From the NCBI GenBank assembly GCA_045649125.1, contig JAZRPH010000042.1:48-64047 (forward strand): a stretch of DNA of 64,000 nt. Direction: 5' to 3'. How positions within the stretch are numbered: position 1 is the first letter of the stretch; each line of letters starts with the position of its first letter. The position numbers were made by a program, and so were the translations under genes. This DNA comes from Acutalibacteraceae bacterium (GTDB lineage: Bacteria > Bacillota > Clostridia > Oscillospirales > Acutalibacteraceae). This document shows positions 21,388 through 31,600 of this stretch, one piece after another. Under the pieces are notes generated by a model. It searched no databases, was not told the DNA's origin, and worked only from the letters and a program-made list of their open reading frames with translations.

Positions 21388-22242
21388 TTATTCAAGAGGA
21401 AGCACAGCGACTGCATGTTGTTCTGGAATTATATATCTTACAGCCAATTTACCTTCATTAAGGCATATTGTTATGCTGTCCCAGTCAACCTTTGTTTCAT
21501 CTAAACATTCTCTTATTTTTGCATCTATAAATATTTCATCAAGGTTTAGTTCTTTTCCTGTAAAAGTATCCGTAAAATCACTTATATAAACAATGTTTCC
21601 GTCATATCCAATTTGCACTGAAAATCTATCGACACTAGGATAAGAACCTATATATCTTGTATAGCAAAAATAATATCCAGTGTCAATTTCTTTTTGCTGA
21701 CTCATTATATACCTGCTTATATCACAATTCGCCGAAATATATTCTGTTGCTATCTGTTGAGCTGTCTCGCAATCTATACTTTCGGCAGTTTTTTTAACGG
21801 CAACAGATTCTATAACAGCATACCGTAATTTGCCATTATTAGTATTATATGCAAACTCATCTCCTAATTCGTTTTTGTATATTACTCTCTCATAGTTTGA
21901 AGATTGGTCTATTTCTGAAAAAGTAATATCGAAAGTTTTATCTTGTAATACCTCCTGTTTATTATATCTAAAGTCCACAGCTGTATCAATATGTTTTGAT
22001 ATTTCAGTCTTGACCGCTTTATCCTCTGCGGATAAAGTTTCTGACTCAGGCAATTTTTCTATCGTTGAAATCTGTTCATCAGCTTCAGTCTTATGTGTTT
22101 CCACAACGACTTCTTCAATTATTATTTCATCTGAGTTTTCTTTGTTATTATCTTCTGTTTTCGGCAGGTATTTACATCCTACAGCAATACACAATACCAA
22201 TGCTAAAATCAACACAAACACTAAACTAATTCTTCTTGTCAT
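21388..22242 (-). CDS. lipoprotein, paralog B
   Basis: Lipobox AVGC. Shares the 63-aa cassette with paralog A. Starts 18 nt after the stop of the upstream caspase-like ORF. Confidence 0.6.
   Translation of the reverse strand: MTRRISLVFVLILALVLCIAVGCKYLPKTEDNNKENSDEIIIEEVVVETHKTEADEQISTIEKLPESETLSAEDKAVKTEISKHIDTAVDFRYNKQEVLQDKTFDITFSEIDQSSNYERVIYKNELGDEFAYNTNNGKLRYAVIESVAVKKTAESIDCETAQQIATEYISANCDISRYIMSQQKEIDTGYYFCYTRYIGSYPSVDRFSVQIGYDGNIVYISDFTDTFTGKELNLDEIFIDAKIRECLDETKVDWDSITICLNEGKLAVRYIIPEQHAVAVLPLE
21913..22101. repeat. 189-bp near-identical cassette, copy 2
   Basis: See 20855..21043. Flanking coding sequence on both sides is far more diverged. Confidence 0.85.
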
Positions 22243-22260
22243 AAAAACATCTCCTCTAAT

Positions 22261-23473
22261 CTAATGTTTAACAATCTGGTTTTTATCTCCGGCAACATAC
22301 CATTTATCTAAACCACATAATATGCATTCCGTTTTAATTGGTTCTGGTATAAAATTGTTATCGAATTCATATTTAGTATAATTGTTAGCTTTAAGATTTG
22401 CTAATATCGTTGTATCGTAAGCACCGCTTATAGCGTTATTTACAGTGTAGCCTTCACCCAACAACTGCGTAAACACCGTTATCCAAAGTTGAGCGCCGCA
22501 CTCAATATTTACAACGTCATCTGTATGAACATCCGGATCGTAATCTATGCTATAATAGTATATTTTATCTCTGAATCCAACGACCGTCCAAACGCCTTTG
22601 TTATGAAGAGTGTTAACCATATTGTTTGGGTTGGATTCGCCTCCTAACCCTGCATAGCAAGCCATAAGTACAACACAGCGAGTTGTATCAAAATGCTTAT
22701 AGGGCAATTTCCTTATATCATCCACCGTATATGATCCATAACAAGTATAACAATTTGGATTTTGACAATCACTATGATCATTATAAATGTTTTTCATACT
22801 CCACTCAATGCTTTTACCATCACTCGATCCATGAGTGACTATAACACAGTAAGAGGCATTTCTAATTGACCAATTAAATCCGTTAACGTCAGATCTATTA
22901 GATCTAAACAAATCCGTACATCCAATATTGTTACAGTAATCTTCAACATCAGATGTCTAGCTCCATTCCGAAAGGTCATGGAAATATTTTGACTCAAGCA
23001 TACCTAACAAATGTATCCATTTTCTGTTATCATAATACCCATCATAAAGAACCGGAGAATGTCCACTGCCGTCATACATATATACTATAAGTCGTAAATT
23101 TTTCTCGGGATATTGGCTCCAATCTATATTTACTCCAAATCCGTGATATCCGTTACCATAGCCTGCTGCCGCTAAATCGGCTCGGTAATTGCTTGCGGGC
23201 GCCATTTTTATATCAAGCACAGTACTGCCTGAAATTATGTGTGCATGAACACTCACAGGTTCGTTTGGTGCGTCCGGCTTCCAAGCCCATCCACTTATTC
23301 CTGATTCGCTTAGCCCATCAAGACTCCCTGTCATATTTCTTACAGTGAAAGTTTTTGGTGAATTTATCAATTGCGGGTTGTGTTTTTTCAGCCGCCGCAT
23401 CAGCGTAGGCATTAACAGAAAATGCAAGCAGTAACGTAATGCAAAGCGATACCGCAATCAATTCCTTTTTCAT
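22261..23473 (-). pseudogene. disrupted secreted protein: signal peptide, GWAW beta-sandwich-like domain, caspase/CHAT-like (clan CD) domain
   Basis: The ATG at 23473 with an AAGGA RBS encodes MKKELIAVSLCITLLLAFSVNAYA-DAAAEK, and that frame stops at 23318. The body continues in the next frame, with an A6 run at 23383..23388. An in-frame TAG at 22957..22959 separates it from the ORF 22261..22911, which carries VIVTHG and VVLMACYAG (His-Gly / Ala-Cys dyad pattern). Confidence 0.55.
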
Positions 23474-23634
23474 TTTGTTTTTTCCTTTCTGTGTTTTTTA
23501 TCAAATTAAAGTTTACTAGACAAAACATCGGTATCGCCGCCTTTCTTTAAATGTGAATAATCTACATATTTCTATTTTGATTTTAGCATAAATTGGCTGT
23601 TATGTGAAGTTACAGTCCTGTAATTTTGCATAAG

Positions 23635-23662
23635 AAAAAGCAAGCCGAAAGGCTTGCTTTTT
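23635..23662. terminator. bidirectional terminator after the PASTA protein gene
   Basis: AAAAAGCAAGCC-GAAA-GGCTTGCTTTTT, 14 nt downstream of the stop at 23677. Confidence 0.8.
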
Positions 23663-23676
23663 CTTATTGGTTATTC

Positions 23677-25386
23677 TTACTGAAAATCTGTTGCGCTGTC
23701 GTCAGAAAATGTTTCACCCTCGTAAGAATTTATGAAAATTCTTACTACACTTTCTGTGTTAACCTTTTCACCCGAAGCAGGTACCTGCTCAAGTACAACG
23801 CCAGGTTTTGCCTCAGAGTCATATTTGTCAACTACCTCAATGTTCTCATACAAGAAGCCCTGTCTGAGCAGTTCCACCTTAGCGCTCATTTCATCGTGGC
23901 CGACAACATCTGCAACGGTTATTTCTTGCGGACCAAGGCTTATTACAAGTTGAATTTCGGTCTCGTTCTCAACCTCTTTACCTGCTTCAAGTGACTGTCC
24001 GCAAACAGTACCGCGGGCATATTTGTCCGAATACTCTTTACTTTTTACGGTAATTTTAAAGCGCTCATATTCCTCGTTATCAATAATCTGCGAATAATAT
24101 TTACCTGAAAAGTCGGGCACTGTATACAAAATTATCGATTCGACAGCATCTGAATCAACATCACCGATAGATTCGATTTCGGGCATTGATGCATAATCCG
24201 AAGTGTCGTCAATCGGTAAATTTTCACCGCCGAATATATCGTTGCGAAAAACGGTAAGACAAAGAATAAGTGCAACCACAGCAAAAAGAGCGGCTGTGAC
24301 GCCGGCAGATATTGCGGCATACCTTATGCCCGCATTCTTTGCAGACTTTTTATCTTTTTCGGCAGACCTTGAGGATGCCGCATTCTTTTTCTTTTCCTGA
24401 GTTACAGCCGCACGGCGTATATTCTCCTGTGTTTCGCCGTAAACCATTTCATTTCTGAAAACATCCATATTTTCAGTGCGGTTTTCGGGCAGTACCTGCA
24501 TACCGTTAGCAATAGCCACCAGTACCTGTCTTGGTAACTCATCAGCAAACTTAGCAGGAATGGAAAGCGTATCGTTTTCAAGTCTTTGGTCAGCAACTGG
24601 CGGTACGGCACCGATAAGCACACGGAAAAGTGTAGCGCTGAGCGCGTATACATCGGTGTAATCACCGACACTAAGTCCCTGCTTGCCGTACTGCTCAACT
24701 GCCGCATAACCGCTGTAAAGAATTGCCGGACTGTCGGATGATACACGGCGAAGTGTTGGTATACAAATATCTGTAAGTCTTAATTTTCCGTCGCGGCCCA
24801 CAAGTATCGTTTCGGGGGAAATTCCGCCGTGGATGATACCCTGTTCGTGAAGGCCCTTTACTGTGTCGATAAGCGGAAGGAAAAGTGCGCGTGCCTGTTC
24901 CCAACGGAGACTTCCGCCGTTACGGTCAAGAAAACTTTGAAGTGATATACCTGATACCACCTGATTCACACAGTAAACGGTGCCGTTTTCTTCAAAGACG
25001 GTAAATGTCGGTATTATCGACGGCAGTTCGGTGCCAATGAGTTTTTTGTTTATTTCAATAAAGTCAATAAGACCTTCATTAAAGATAAACTCACTGCCTG
25101 ATTCAACCGAAACTGTTTTGTCGGGGTTGCGTACCGAAGAGTCTTTGGGAAAATATTCCTTTATGTGCACGGGTATGTTTGCAGAATTATCCCAAGCCAT
25201 ATAGACTGTGCTTTCTGCATTGCTGCTTATTGCCTTACCGATTAGATAACGGTCTGACAGCATATAATGCACGGGCAGCTTATCAGAAGCATTTTTTTCA
25301 CTGCTGTCATAGCCGCATACACTGCATATTTGCTCACCGCCGTTGTCATTCATACAACCGGGGCAAAGTCTGTCGGTATTTAACAT
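23677..25386 (-). CDS. zinc-ribbon / Ser-Thr-kinase-like (predicted catalytically dead) / TM / 2x PASTA protein
   Basis: N-terminal CPGC...CSVCG. Kinase fold is recognisable (VHIKEY, LTDICI, GYAAVEQ) but the catalytic loop reads HGGISPETIL instead of HRDxKxxN, and the Gly-loop has no glycines. One TM helix (AISAGVTAALFAVVALILCLTVF) and two C-terminal PASTA-like repeats. GGAGG RBS before the ATG at 25386. Confidence 0.75.
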   Translation of the reverse strand: MLNTDRLCPGCMNDNGGEQICSVCGYDSSEKNASDKLPVHYMLSDRYLIGKAISSNAESTVYMAWDNSANIPVHIKEYFPKDSSVRNPDKTVSVESGSEFIFNEGLIDFIEINKKLIGTELPSIIPTFTVFEENGTVYCVNQVVSGISLQSFLDRNGGSLRWEQARALFLPLIDTVKGLHEQGIIHGGISPETILVGRDGKLRLTDICIPTLRRVSSDSPAILYSGYAAVEQYGKQGLSVGDYTDVYALSATLFRVLIGAVPPVADQRLENDTLSIPAKFADELPRQVLVAIANGMQVLPENRTENMDVFRNEMVYGETQENIRRAAVTQEKKKNAASSRSAEKDKKSAKNAGIRYAAISAGVTAALFAVVALILCLTVFRNDIFGGENLPIDDTSDYASMPEIESIGDVDSDAVESIILYTVPDFSGKYYSQIIDNEEYERFKITVKSKEYSDKYARGTVCGQSLEAGKEVENETEIQLVISLGPQEITVADVVGHDEMSAKVELLRQGFLYENIEVVDKYDSEAKPGVVLEQVPASGEKVNTESVVRIFINSYEGETFSDDSATDFQ

Positions 25387-25449
25387 AACGACCTCCAAAA
25401 AATAAACAATTTAGATTATTTTATCATATTTTCTTAAAATTTACAAGTG

Positions 25450-26133
25450 CTATAGGTTCTCGCCTATCGGAATCAGCCTTTCAAAGACACAGGTGTGCCG
25501 TTGTGTTATAACTCGGTCTTCGTGAAGTGAGCCGAAATACCAATGCTTAAATGTGCAGGACCTGCCGATTTCCTCAAGATAACCGTTAAGTTTATTTACA
25601 TTATCGGTGTCGCCACGGCGCAAAAGCATTGCGCTTTTTACAAGCGACGGAGGTTCATGTGTGATTATGTAGTCAACGGCGCAGCCTGCTTCATCAAGAG
25701 TTCGTGCGCCGTCAGCCATTTCGGCAGGCGTCGGCTCCTCAAGGCGCCACCAGTTACCCGTCGTTACACGCATATCCTTATCACTACTCTCGCCACCGCC
25801 AAACGTAAAATAACGGTTTCCTTCAATATTAAATATCTGTCCGCGCATAAGATGAAGAAGATTTCCCTTTATTCGATGGACCTTTCCGCCCTTCCAAACG
25901 GTGACGCGGCTGCGGTTTATGGTTTCAAGGTTGTCGTGTGTCCCCTCAACAAAAGCGGTAACAAACTTGCGTTTCGCAAAAAAATCAATTACCTGTTTTT
26001 CTGTTTTAGAGCCATCAAATATATAACCGAAGTCACCGCAAACTATAAGCACATCGCCGCGTTTAAGCTTGCGAAATTCCTTATCGTAAAGGCGCTCAAG
26101 ACAGCCGTGCATATCACCCGTAACATAAACCAT
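25450..26133 (-). CDS. calcineurin-like metallophosphoesterase
   Basis: Motifs VTGDMHG, VCGDFGY, GTHDN and ITHEPP. 51 nt upstream of the PASTA gene on the same strand. Confidence 0.8.
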   Translation of the reverse strand: MVYVTGDMHGCLERLYDKEFRKLKRGDVLIVCGDFGYIFDGSKTEKQVIDFFAKRKFVTAFVEGTHDNLETINRSRVTVWKGGKVHRIKGNLLHLMRGQIFNIEGNRYFTFGGGESSDKDMRVTTGNWWRLEEPTPAEMADGARTLDEAGCAVDYIITHEPPSLVKSAMLLRRGDTDNVNKLNGYLEEIGRSCTFKHWYFGSLHEDRVITQRHTCVFERLIPIGENL

Positions 26134-26236
26134 AATTTCACCACCGTTTTTTTGAAATCTTTACTTTATTTTTAAATGAAAATAATGTATAATAATTTAT
26201 ATGATAACATTGTAACACATATTGAGGGAGATTTCT

Positions 26237-27580
26237 ATGCTAAAAAAGATAATTTCCGTATTTTTAATAATTTCTTTACTTTTTGCACCTGCTTTTACTG
26301 TGGGTGCCTACGAGCCGACGGGTTTTTCGATTTCGGCTGATGCGGCACTGCTTATTTCCTTGGATACCGGTGAGACGCTGTATTCAAAGAATGAAGATAA
26401 GAAGGTATATCCTGCATCAATCACTAAAATAATGACCGCCTTGCTTATTTTGGAAAGCGAAAAATATAACCCTGAGGCTAAAGTTACCATGACACGTGAA
26501 GCGCTTCGCCTTATAAGTGGGACAGGCAGTGTTGTTTCCAACCTTGAAGAAGGTGAACAGATAACACAACTTGATTTGCTTTATCTCGTTTTATTAGCCT
26601 CTTGCGGTGACTGCGCCTACCTTGCCGCGTCATACTATGGCGGCAGTGTGGATGAATTTGTCGATATGATGAACACACGGGCAAAGGAACTTGGTATGGA
26701 AAACACAAACTACCAAAACCCCGTAGGACTGCATCATGAAGACAACTACACTACCACGGCCGACACCTATAAACTGACTGCCCACGCGTTAAAAAACAAG
26801 ACCTTTAAAGAAGTGTGTGAAACCACACGGTATACAGTTGCTCAAACGAATATGTCACCCGCCACTACATTTTCCACAACCAACTATCTTCAGGATTCAA
26901 CTACGGAATATTTTTACACGTACGCAAAGGGTGTCAGAAACGGCTTCACCGACGAGGCGGGCAGATGCCTTGTAAGTACGGCAAGTTATAATGGATATAA
27001 TTATATGTGTTTGCTGTTCGGTTGTCCGTTTAGTTCCAGCAACAAATACGAATACACCGAAAGCCGTGAACTTTACCGCTGGGCTTTTAATAATTTTGAA
27101 TTCAAGCAAGTAGCAGACAATGATAATCCCGTTGCGGAAATAGAAGTTGACCTTTCCCTGCAAACCGATTTTGTTTCTCTTTATGTAGAGGATGGATTTG
27201 TTTCAATACTGCCTAAAGAGGCGGATGATTCAACCATAATGGTTGTACCTCACCCCACCAACGAGATCGCCGACGCGCCAATTAAAAAAGGTGATGTTCT
27301 TGGCACTGCTGACATAATTTACGCTGAGCAGTTATTAGGAACGGTAAACCTTGTTTCGCACGAGGATATTGACCGCAGCCTTATGTTGACCGTCTGGCGC
27401 GGTATAACCGACTTTTTTACCTCATCATATATGAAGGTTGTATATATATTGGCGGCTGTTTTGGTTATCGTGTTTATAGTTGCAGTTTATAAACTCAATT
27501 CAAAAAAAGCAAATAAACGCAAGGTTAAGTATGTGCCATATAACAAGCACGAAGAAGAAAAACCGAGAAAAAGACATTAA
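26237..27580 (+). CDS. D-alanyl-D-alanine carboxypeptidase (S11, PBP5/DacB-like) with C-terminal TM anchor
   Basis: Signal peptide, SxxK motif SITKIMT, C-terminal hydrophobic helix plus a basic tail. GAGGGAG RBS. Confidence 0.85.
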   Translation: MLKKIISVFLIISLLFAPAFTVGAYEPTGFSISADAALLISLDTGETLYSKNEDKKVYPASITKIMTALLILESEKYNPEAKVTMTREALRLISGTGSVVSNLEEGEQITQLDLLYLVLLASCGDCAYLAASYYGGSVDEFVDMMNTRAKELGMENTNYQNPVGLHHEDNYTTTADTYKLTAHALKNKTFKEVCETTRYTVAQTNMSPATTFSTTNYLQDSTTEYFYTYAKGVRNGFTDEAGRCLVSTASYNGYNYMCLLFGCPFSSSNKYEYTESRELYRWAFNNFEFKQVADNDNPVAEIEVDLSLQTDFVSLYVEDGFVSILPKEADDSTIMVVPHPTNEIADAPIKKGDVLGTADIIYAEQLLGTVNLVSHEDIDRSLMLTVWRGITDFFTSSYMKVVYILAAVLVIVFIVAVYKLNSKKANKRKVKYVPYNKHEEEKPRKRH

Positions 27581-27595
27581 CAAAAATATATGAAA

Positions 27596-27622
27596 AAGCG
27601 CCTGACGACACGTCAGGCGCTT
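27596..27622. terminator. bidirectional terminator between the carboxypeptidase gene and pfkA
   Basis: AAGCGCCTGACG-ACA-CGTCAGGCGCTT. Confidence 0.8.
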
Positions 27623-27628
27623 AACTTT

Positions 27629-28588
27629 TTAAATGGATGTTTCGTGAGCAATATTGAGCATATCGTAGTCGAATTCCTTTTTCATTTGAAGCGCTTCAAA
27701 GATATCATAATCAACTACATCGCAACCCTTATAAGCGACAACACGGTTGCCAATGCCCTTGTGAAGCAGATGAACTGCCGCATTTCCCATCTGGGTTGCC
27801 CTTACCCTGTCGCGTACTGTCGGGCTGCCGCCGCGCTGAACATGACCGAGTATGGTGGCTCTTGTCTCAATACCGGTTTTCTCCTTGATTTCCTTTGCAA
27901 TTTCCTCAACACCGCCGACACCTTCGGCAACAACTATGACAAAGTGCTTTTTACCGGTAAGTTTTGTTTTGTTTATCTTATCAACAATTTTTTGTGTTTC
28001 GTAAGAAAATTCGGGCACTAAAACTGCAGTTGCGCCAACCGCAATTCCGGTCTGCAAAGCAATATAACCTGCATGTCTGCCCATTACCTCAACAACACTG
28101 CAACGGTCGTGTGACTGTGAGGTATCACGAATCTTATCCACCATTTCCATAGCTGTATTCATAGCGGTATCAAAGCCGATGGTATATTCAGTAGAGGAAA
28201 TGTCGTTATCTATTGTACCAGGTACACCGACGCAGGGTATTCCGCGCTCGGACAAATCGCGTGCGCCGCGATAAGAACCGTCACCGCCAATGACAACAAT
28301 ACCCTCGATACCGTGCTTTTTGCAGTTGGCTATTGCTTCCTGTATACCCTCCTCGGTCTTGAAACGAGGACTTCTTGCAGTATAAAGCATTGTACCGCCG
28401 AGACTGATAATATCAGATACCGAACGTGCATCAAGGTCTATTATATCACCCTCAATAAGTCCGTTGTATCCACGACGGATTCCCTTAACGGTCATACCGA
28501 GAGAAATTGCTGTTCTTACTACGGCACGAATAGCCGCATTCATACCGGGGGCATCTCCGCCGCTGGTTAAAACACCTATTGTTTTCAT
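27629..28588 (-). CDS. pfkA: ATP-dependent 6-phosphofructokinase
   Basis: GVLTSGGDAPGMNAAIR, IGGDGSYRGA and PGTIDND. GGAGATG RBS before the ATG at 28588. Confidence 0.93.
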   Translation of the reverse strand: MKTIGVLTSGGDAPGMNAAIRAVVRTAISLGMTVKGIRRGYNGLIEGDIIDLDARSVSDIISLGGTMLYTARSPRFKTEEGIQEAIANCKKHGIEGIVVIGGDGSYRGARDLSERGIPCVGVPGTIDNDISSTEYTIGFDTAMNTAMEMVDKIRDTSQSHDRCSVVEVMGRHAGYIALQTGIAVGATAVLVPEFSYETQKIVDKINKTKLTGKKHFVIVVAEGVGGVEEIAKEIKEKTGIETRATILGHVQRGGSPTVRDRVRATQMGNAAVHLLHKGIGNRVVAYKGCDVVDYDIFEALQMKKEFDYDMLNIAHETSI

Positions 28589-28663
28589 TCTAAAAATCAT
28601 CTCCAAAAAAACTAACGCTAACCATTATACACTACAAACGCCAAAACTTCAATGACTTTTTTC

Positions 28664-31600
28664 CTAATTTGTTACTAATTTAACATTTTTTTCATTAACA
28701 ATTTCGGACAATTCACTAATAATCTGATTATTTGGCGTAATTTTAAGTCTGTCAGGCGCGGTTACCCTCTTGCCTGTATCTGAACACACAATTATTACCG
28801 GCATACTGCCGTGATGTCGTGACAGCACCTGACACACAGCATTAAACTTATCAGAGCCCATACTGTCAACACGGATGTATAAGCCTTCCCTTACCCCTGT
28901 ATCGTTCGTTATTCGCTCATAAGATTTAGGTACAGGCTCAATACTTTCACAAATAAGTTCGCTGTCACGGTCCTCACGCTCACTGACTTTACCGTTTATT
29001 ATTACAATATTACCTGATGTTACTAAATTACGGTAGTTTGAGTATGCTGAGGAAAACATTATGACATCTACCGACGCATTTGTATCCTCGATTTGTGTGT
29101 AGGCTATTATGTTTTTGTTTTTTAACTGTTTAACCTTTGTTTCACTTAAAATTCCTATAACACTGACTCTTGCGCCGTCCTTAACCTTTTTACCGTTAAT
29201 ATCAGCTATAGGGGTAAAGCGTCTGCTCTGCGCAAACTGGCGGTATCCGCTCATCGGATGGCCCGACAGATACATACCCGTAGCCTCTTTTTCTAAACTG
29301 AGCAGTTCAGAACGCGGCATTTCCTCAATATCTATAAGTTCAAAATGACTGCCCTCATCACTGCCACCAAAAAGGTCAAGCTGGTCTTCGGAAGAAAACC
29401 GCTTTTGCCCCTCTATAGCCGACAGAACATTGTCTATATTATATATCATTTTGCGCCTGTTATCCTCAAGGCAGTCCATAGCACCGCTTTTAATAAGTCC
29501 CTCAAGAGCGCGGCGGTTAAAATCTCTTCCAAAGTTGCGCAGACAAAAATCATACATATCCTTGTAATTGCCCGATTCACGCTCTTTGATAAGATTTCTT
29601 ATAAGGGTATGCCCTAAATTGCGAACAGCAAGCAGTCCGTACCGAATGCCCTGTTTGTCAGAAGTGAAATTTTCAAAGCTTTCATTAACTGACGGGGGAA
29701 GAATTTTTATACCCATACGGCGACATTCAGCCGTGTACTGCGAAATTTTGCCCGAGGAATCAAGCACACTTGTAAGCAGTGCGGCAAAGTATTCTTTCGG
29801 GTAATGACATTTAAGATATGCCGTCTGGTATGCCACAACAGCATATGCTGCAGCGTGGGATTTGTTAAAAGCGTACGAGCTGAAGGCTGACATCTCATCA
29901 AATATCTTTTCGGCTGTCTTCTCGTCAATACCCCGATTTACAGCGCCCTCGCACATAATATTTCCGTTACTGTCCTTTTCTCCGTATATAAAGGCGTTGC
30001 GCTCCCGCGCCATAACATCGTGCTTTTTCTTGGACATTGCGCGTCGTACAATATCGGCGCGTCCTAAAGAATATCCCGCAAGGCTACGGAATATTTGCAT
30101 TACCTGCTCCTGATACACAATACAACCGTATGTCACTTTAAGTATTGGCTCAAGTTCAGGGGTAGCATAGGTTATTGCAGACGGATTATGACGGTTATTT
30201 ATATACTTAGGAATTGAATCCATAGGGCCCGGTCGATAAAGCGAAATTATAGCAATAAGGTCCTCTATTTTCTCAGGATTAAAACGGCGCAACACATTCT
30301 TCATACCGTCCGATTCAAACTGAAACACCCCGTCGGTCAAACCCTCGCCCATCATACGAAATGTATCGACATCATCCATAGGAATGTTATCTGCCGAAAA
30401 ATCGGGATTATAACGGTGCACTGCCGCCTCAGTATCCGCTATAACAGTAAGATTTCTAAGTCCCAAAAAATCCATTTTGAGAAGGCCTAATTCATCAAGC
30501 GCGGTCATTGTATACTGTGTTACTACCGCTTCATCATTTACCGATAAAGGCACATAGTCGCTGACAGGCTTGTCGGAAATTACGACACCCGCCGCGTGAG
30601 TAGAGGCATGGCGAGGCATACCCTCGACCTTAACAGCCATATCAATAAGCTGCTTGATTTGAGGGTCGCTATCATACTGGTTGTGAAGTTCCTTAACAGT
30701 ATCAAGGGCACGTTCAAGCGTCATTCCAATCGCCTGTGGGATAAGCTTTGCCGTTTTATCGCATATATTATACGGTATATCCATTGCCCTGCCGACATCA
30801 CGAACAGCACCCCGCGCCGCCATAGTACCAAAGGTCACTATCTGTGCTACGTGGTCACTGCCATACTTATTAATAACATAGTCGATTACCCTTTGACGAT
30901 TTACATAACAAAAGTCGATATCAAAGTCGGGCATAGACACGCGTTCAGGGTTTAAAAACCGCTCGAAAAGCAGGTCATATTTAATTGGGTCAATACCTGT
31001 AATGCCCATACAATATGCTGCAATACTTCCTGCGCCCGAACCTCTTCCAGGACCTACGGGAATTGAGTTTTGCTTAGCATAATTTACAAAGTCGGCTACA
31101 ATAAGATAGTAATCAACATACCCCATTTTATTTATAACCGAAAGCTCATATTCAAGACGGTCCACCGCTGCTTCATCAGGGTTTTTACCGTAATTGCGGT
31201 AAAGTCCCTCATAACATTTGTTACGAAAATATTGGAAGTGGTCCTGATTGCCTGTATCAAAAAATGGAAGTTTAATCTTACCAAACTCAAATTCCACATT
31301 ACACCTTTCGGCTATTAATTCGGTGTTGCTTAGCGCCTGAGGAAGATTTGGAAAAGCATCCCGCATCTCATCCTCGGTTTTAAGGTAAAATTCTTCGGTT
31401 GGAAATTCAAGTGTGTTTTTATCGTTTATTTTGCTTCCCGTCTGCACACAAAGTAAGACCTTATGCATAAGGCTGTCATCTTTTTCGATATAATGAACAT
31501 CATTTGTGGCTACAAGCGGTATGCCCGTATCCTGAGAAAGCTTTATAATATAAGGATTTATGCGCTGTTGTTCAGGTATATTATGATTTTGCAGTTCAAG

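Noticed and set aside
22957-22959. In-frame TAG as programmed read-through or pyrrolysine.
   Set aside because: There are no pyl genes, no PYLIS-like context and no methyltransferase context in view. The same gene also has a frameshift, so decay or a sequencing error is the simpler explanation.
25543-26175. 210-aa plus-strand ORF nearly coextensive with the metallophosphoesterase gene.
   Set aside because: The minus-strand frame contains all four metallophosphoesterase motifs. The plus-strand product has none and lacks an RBS.
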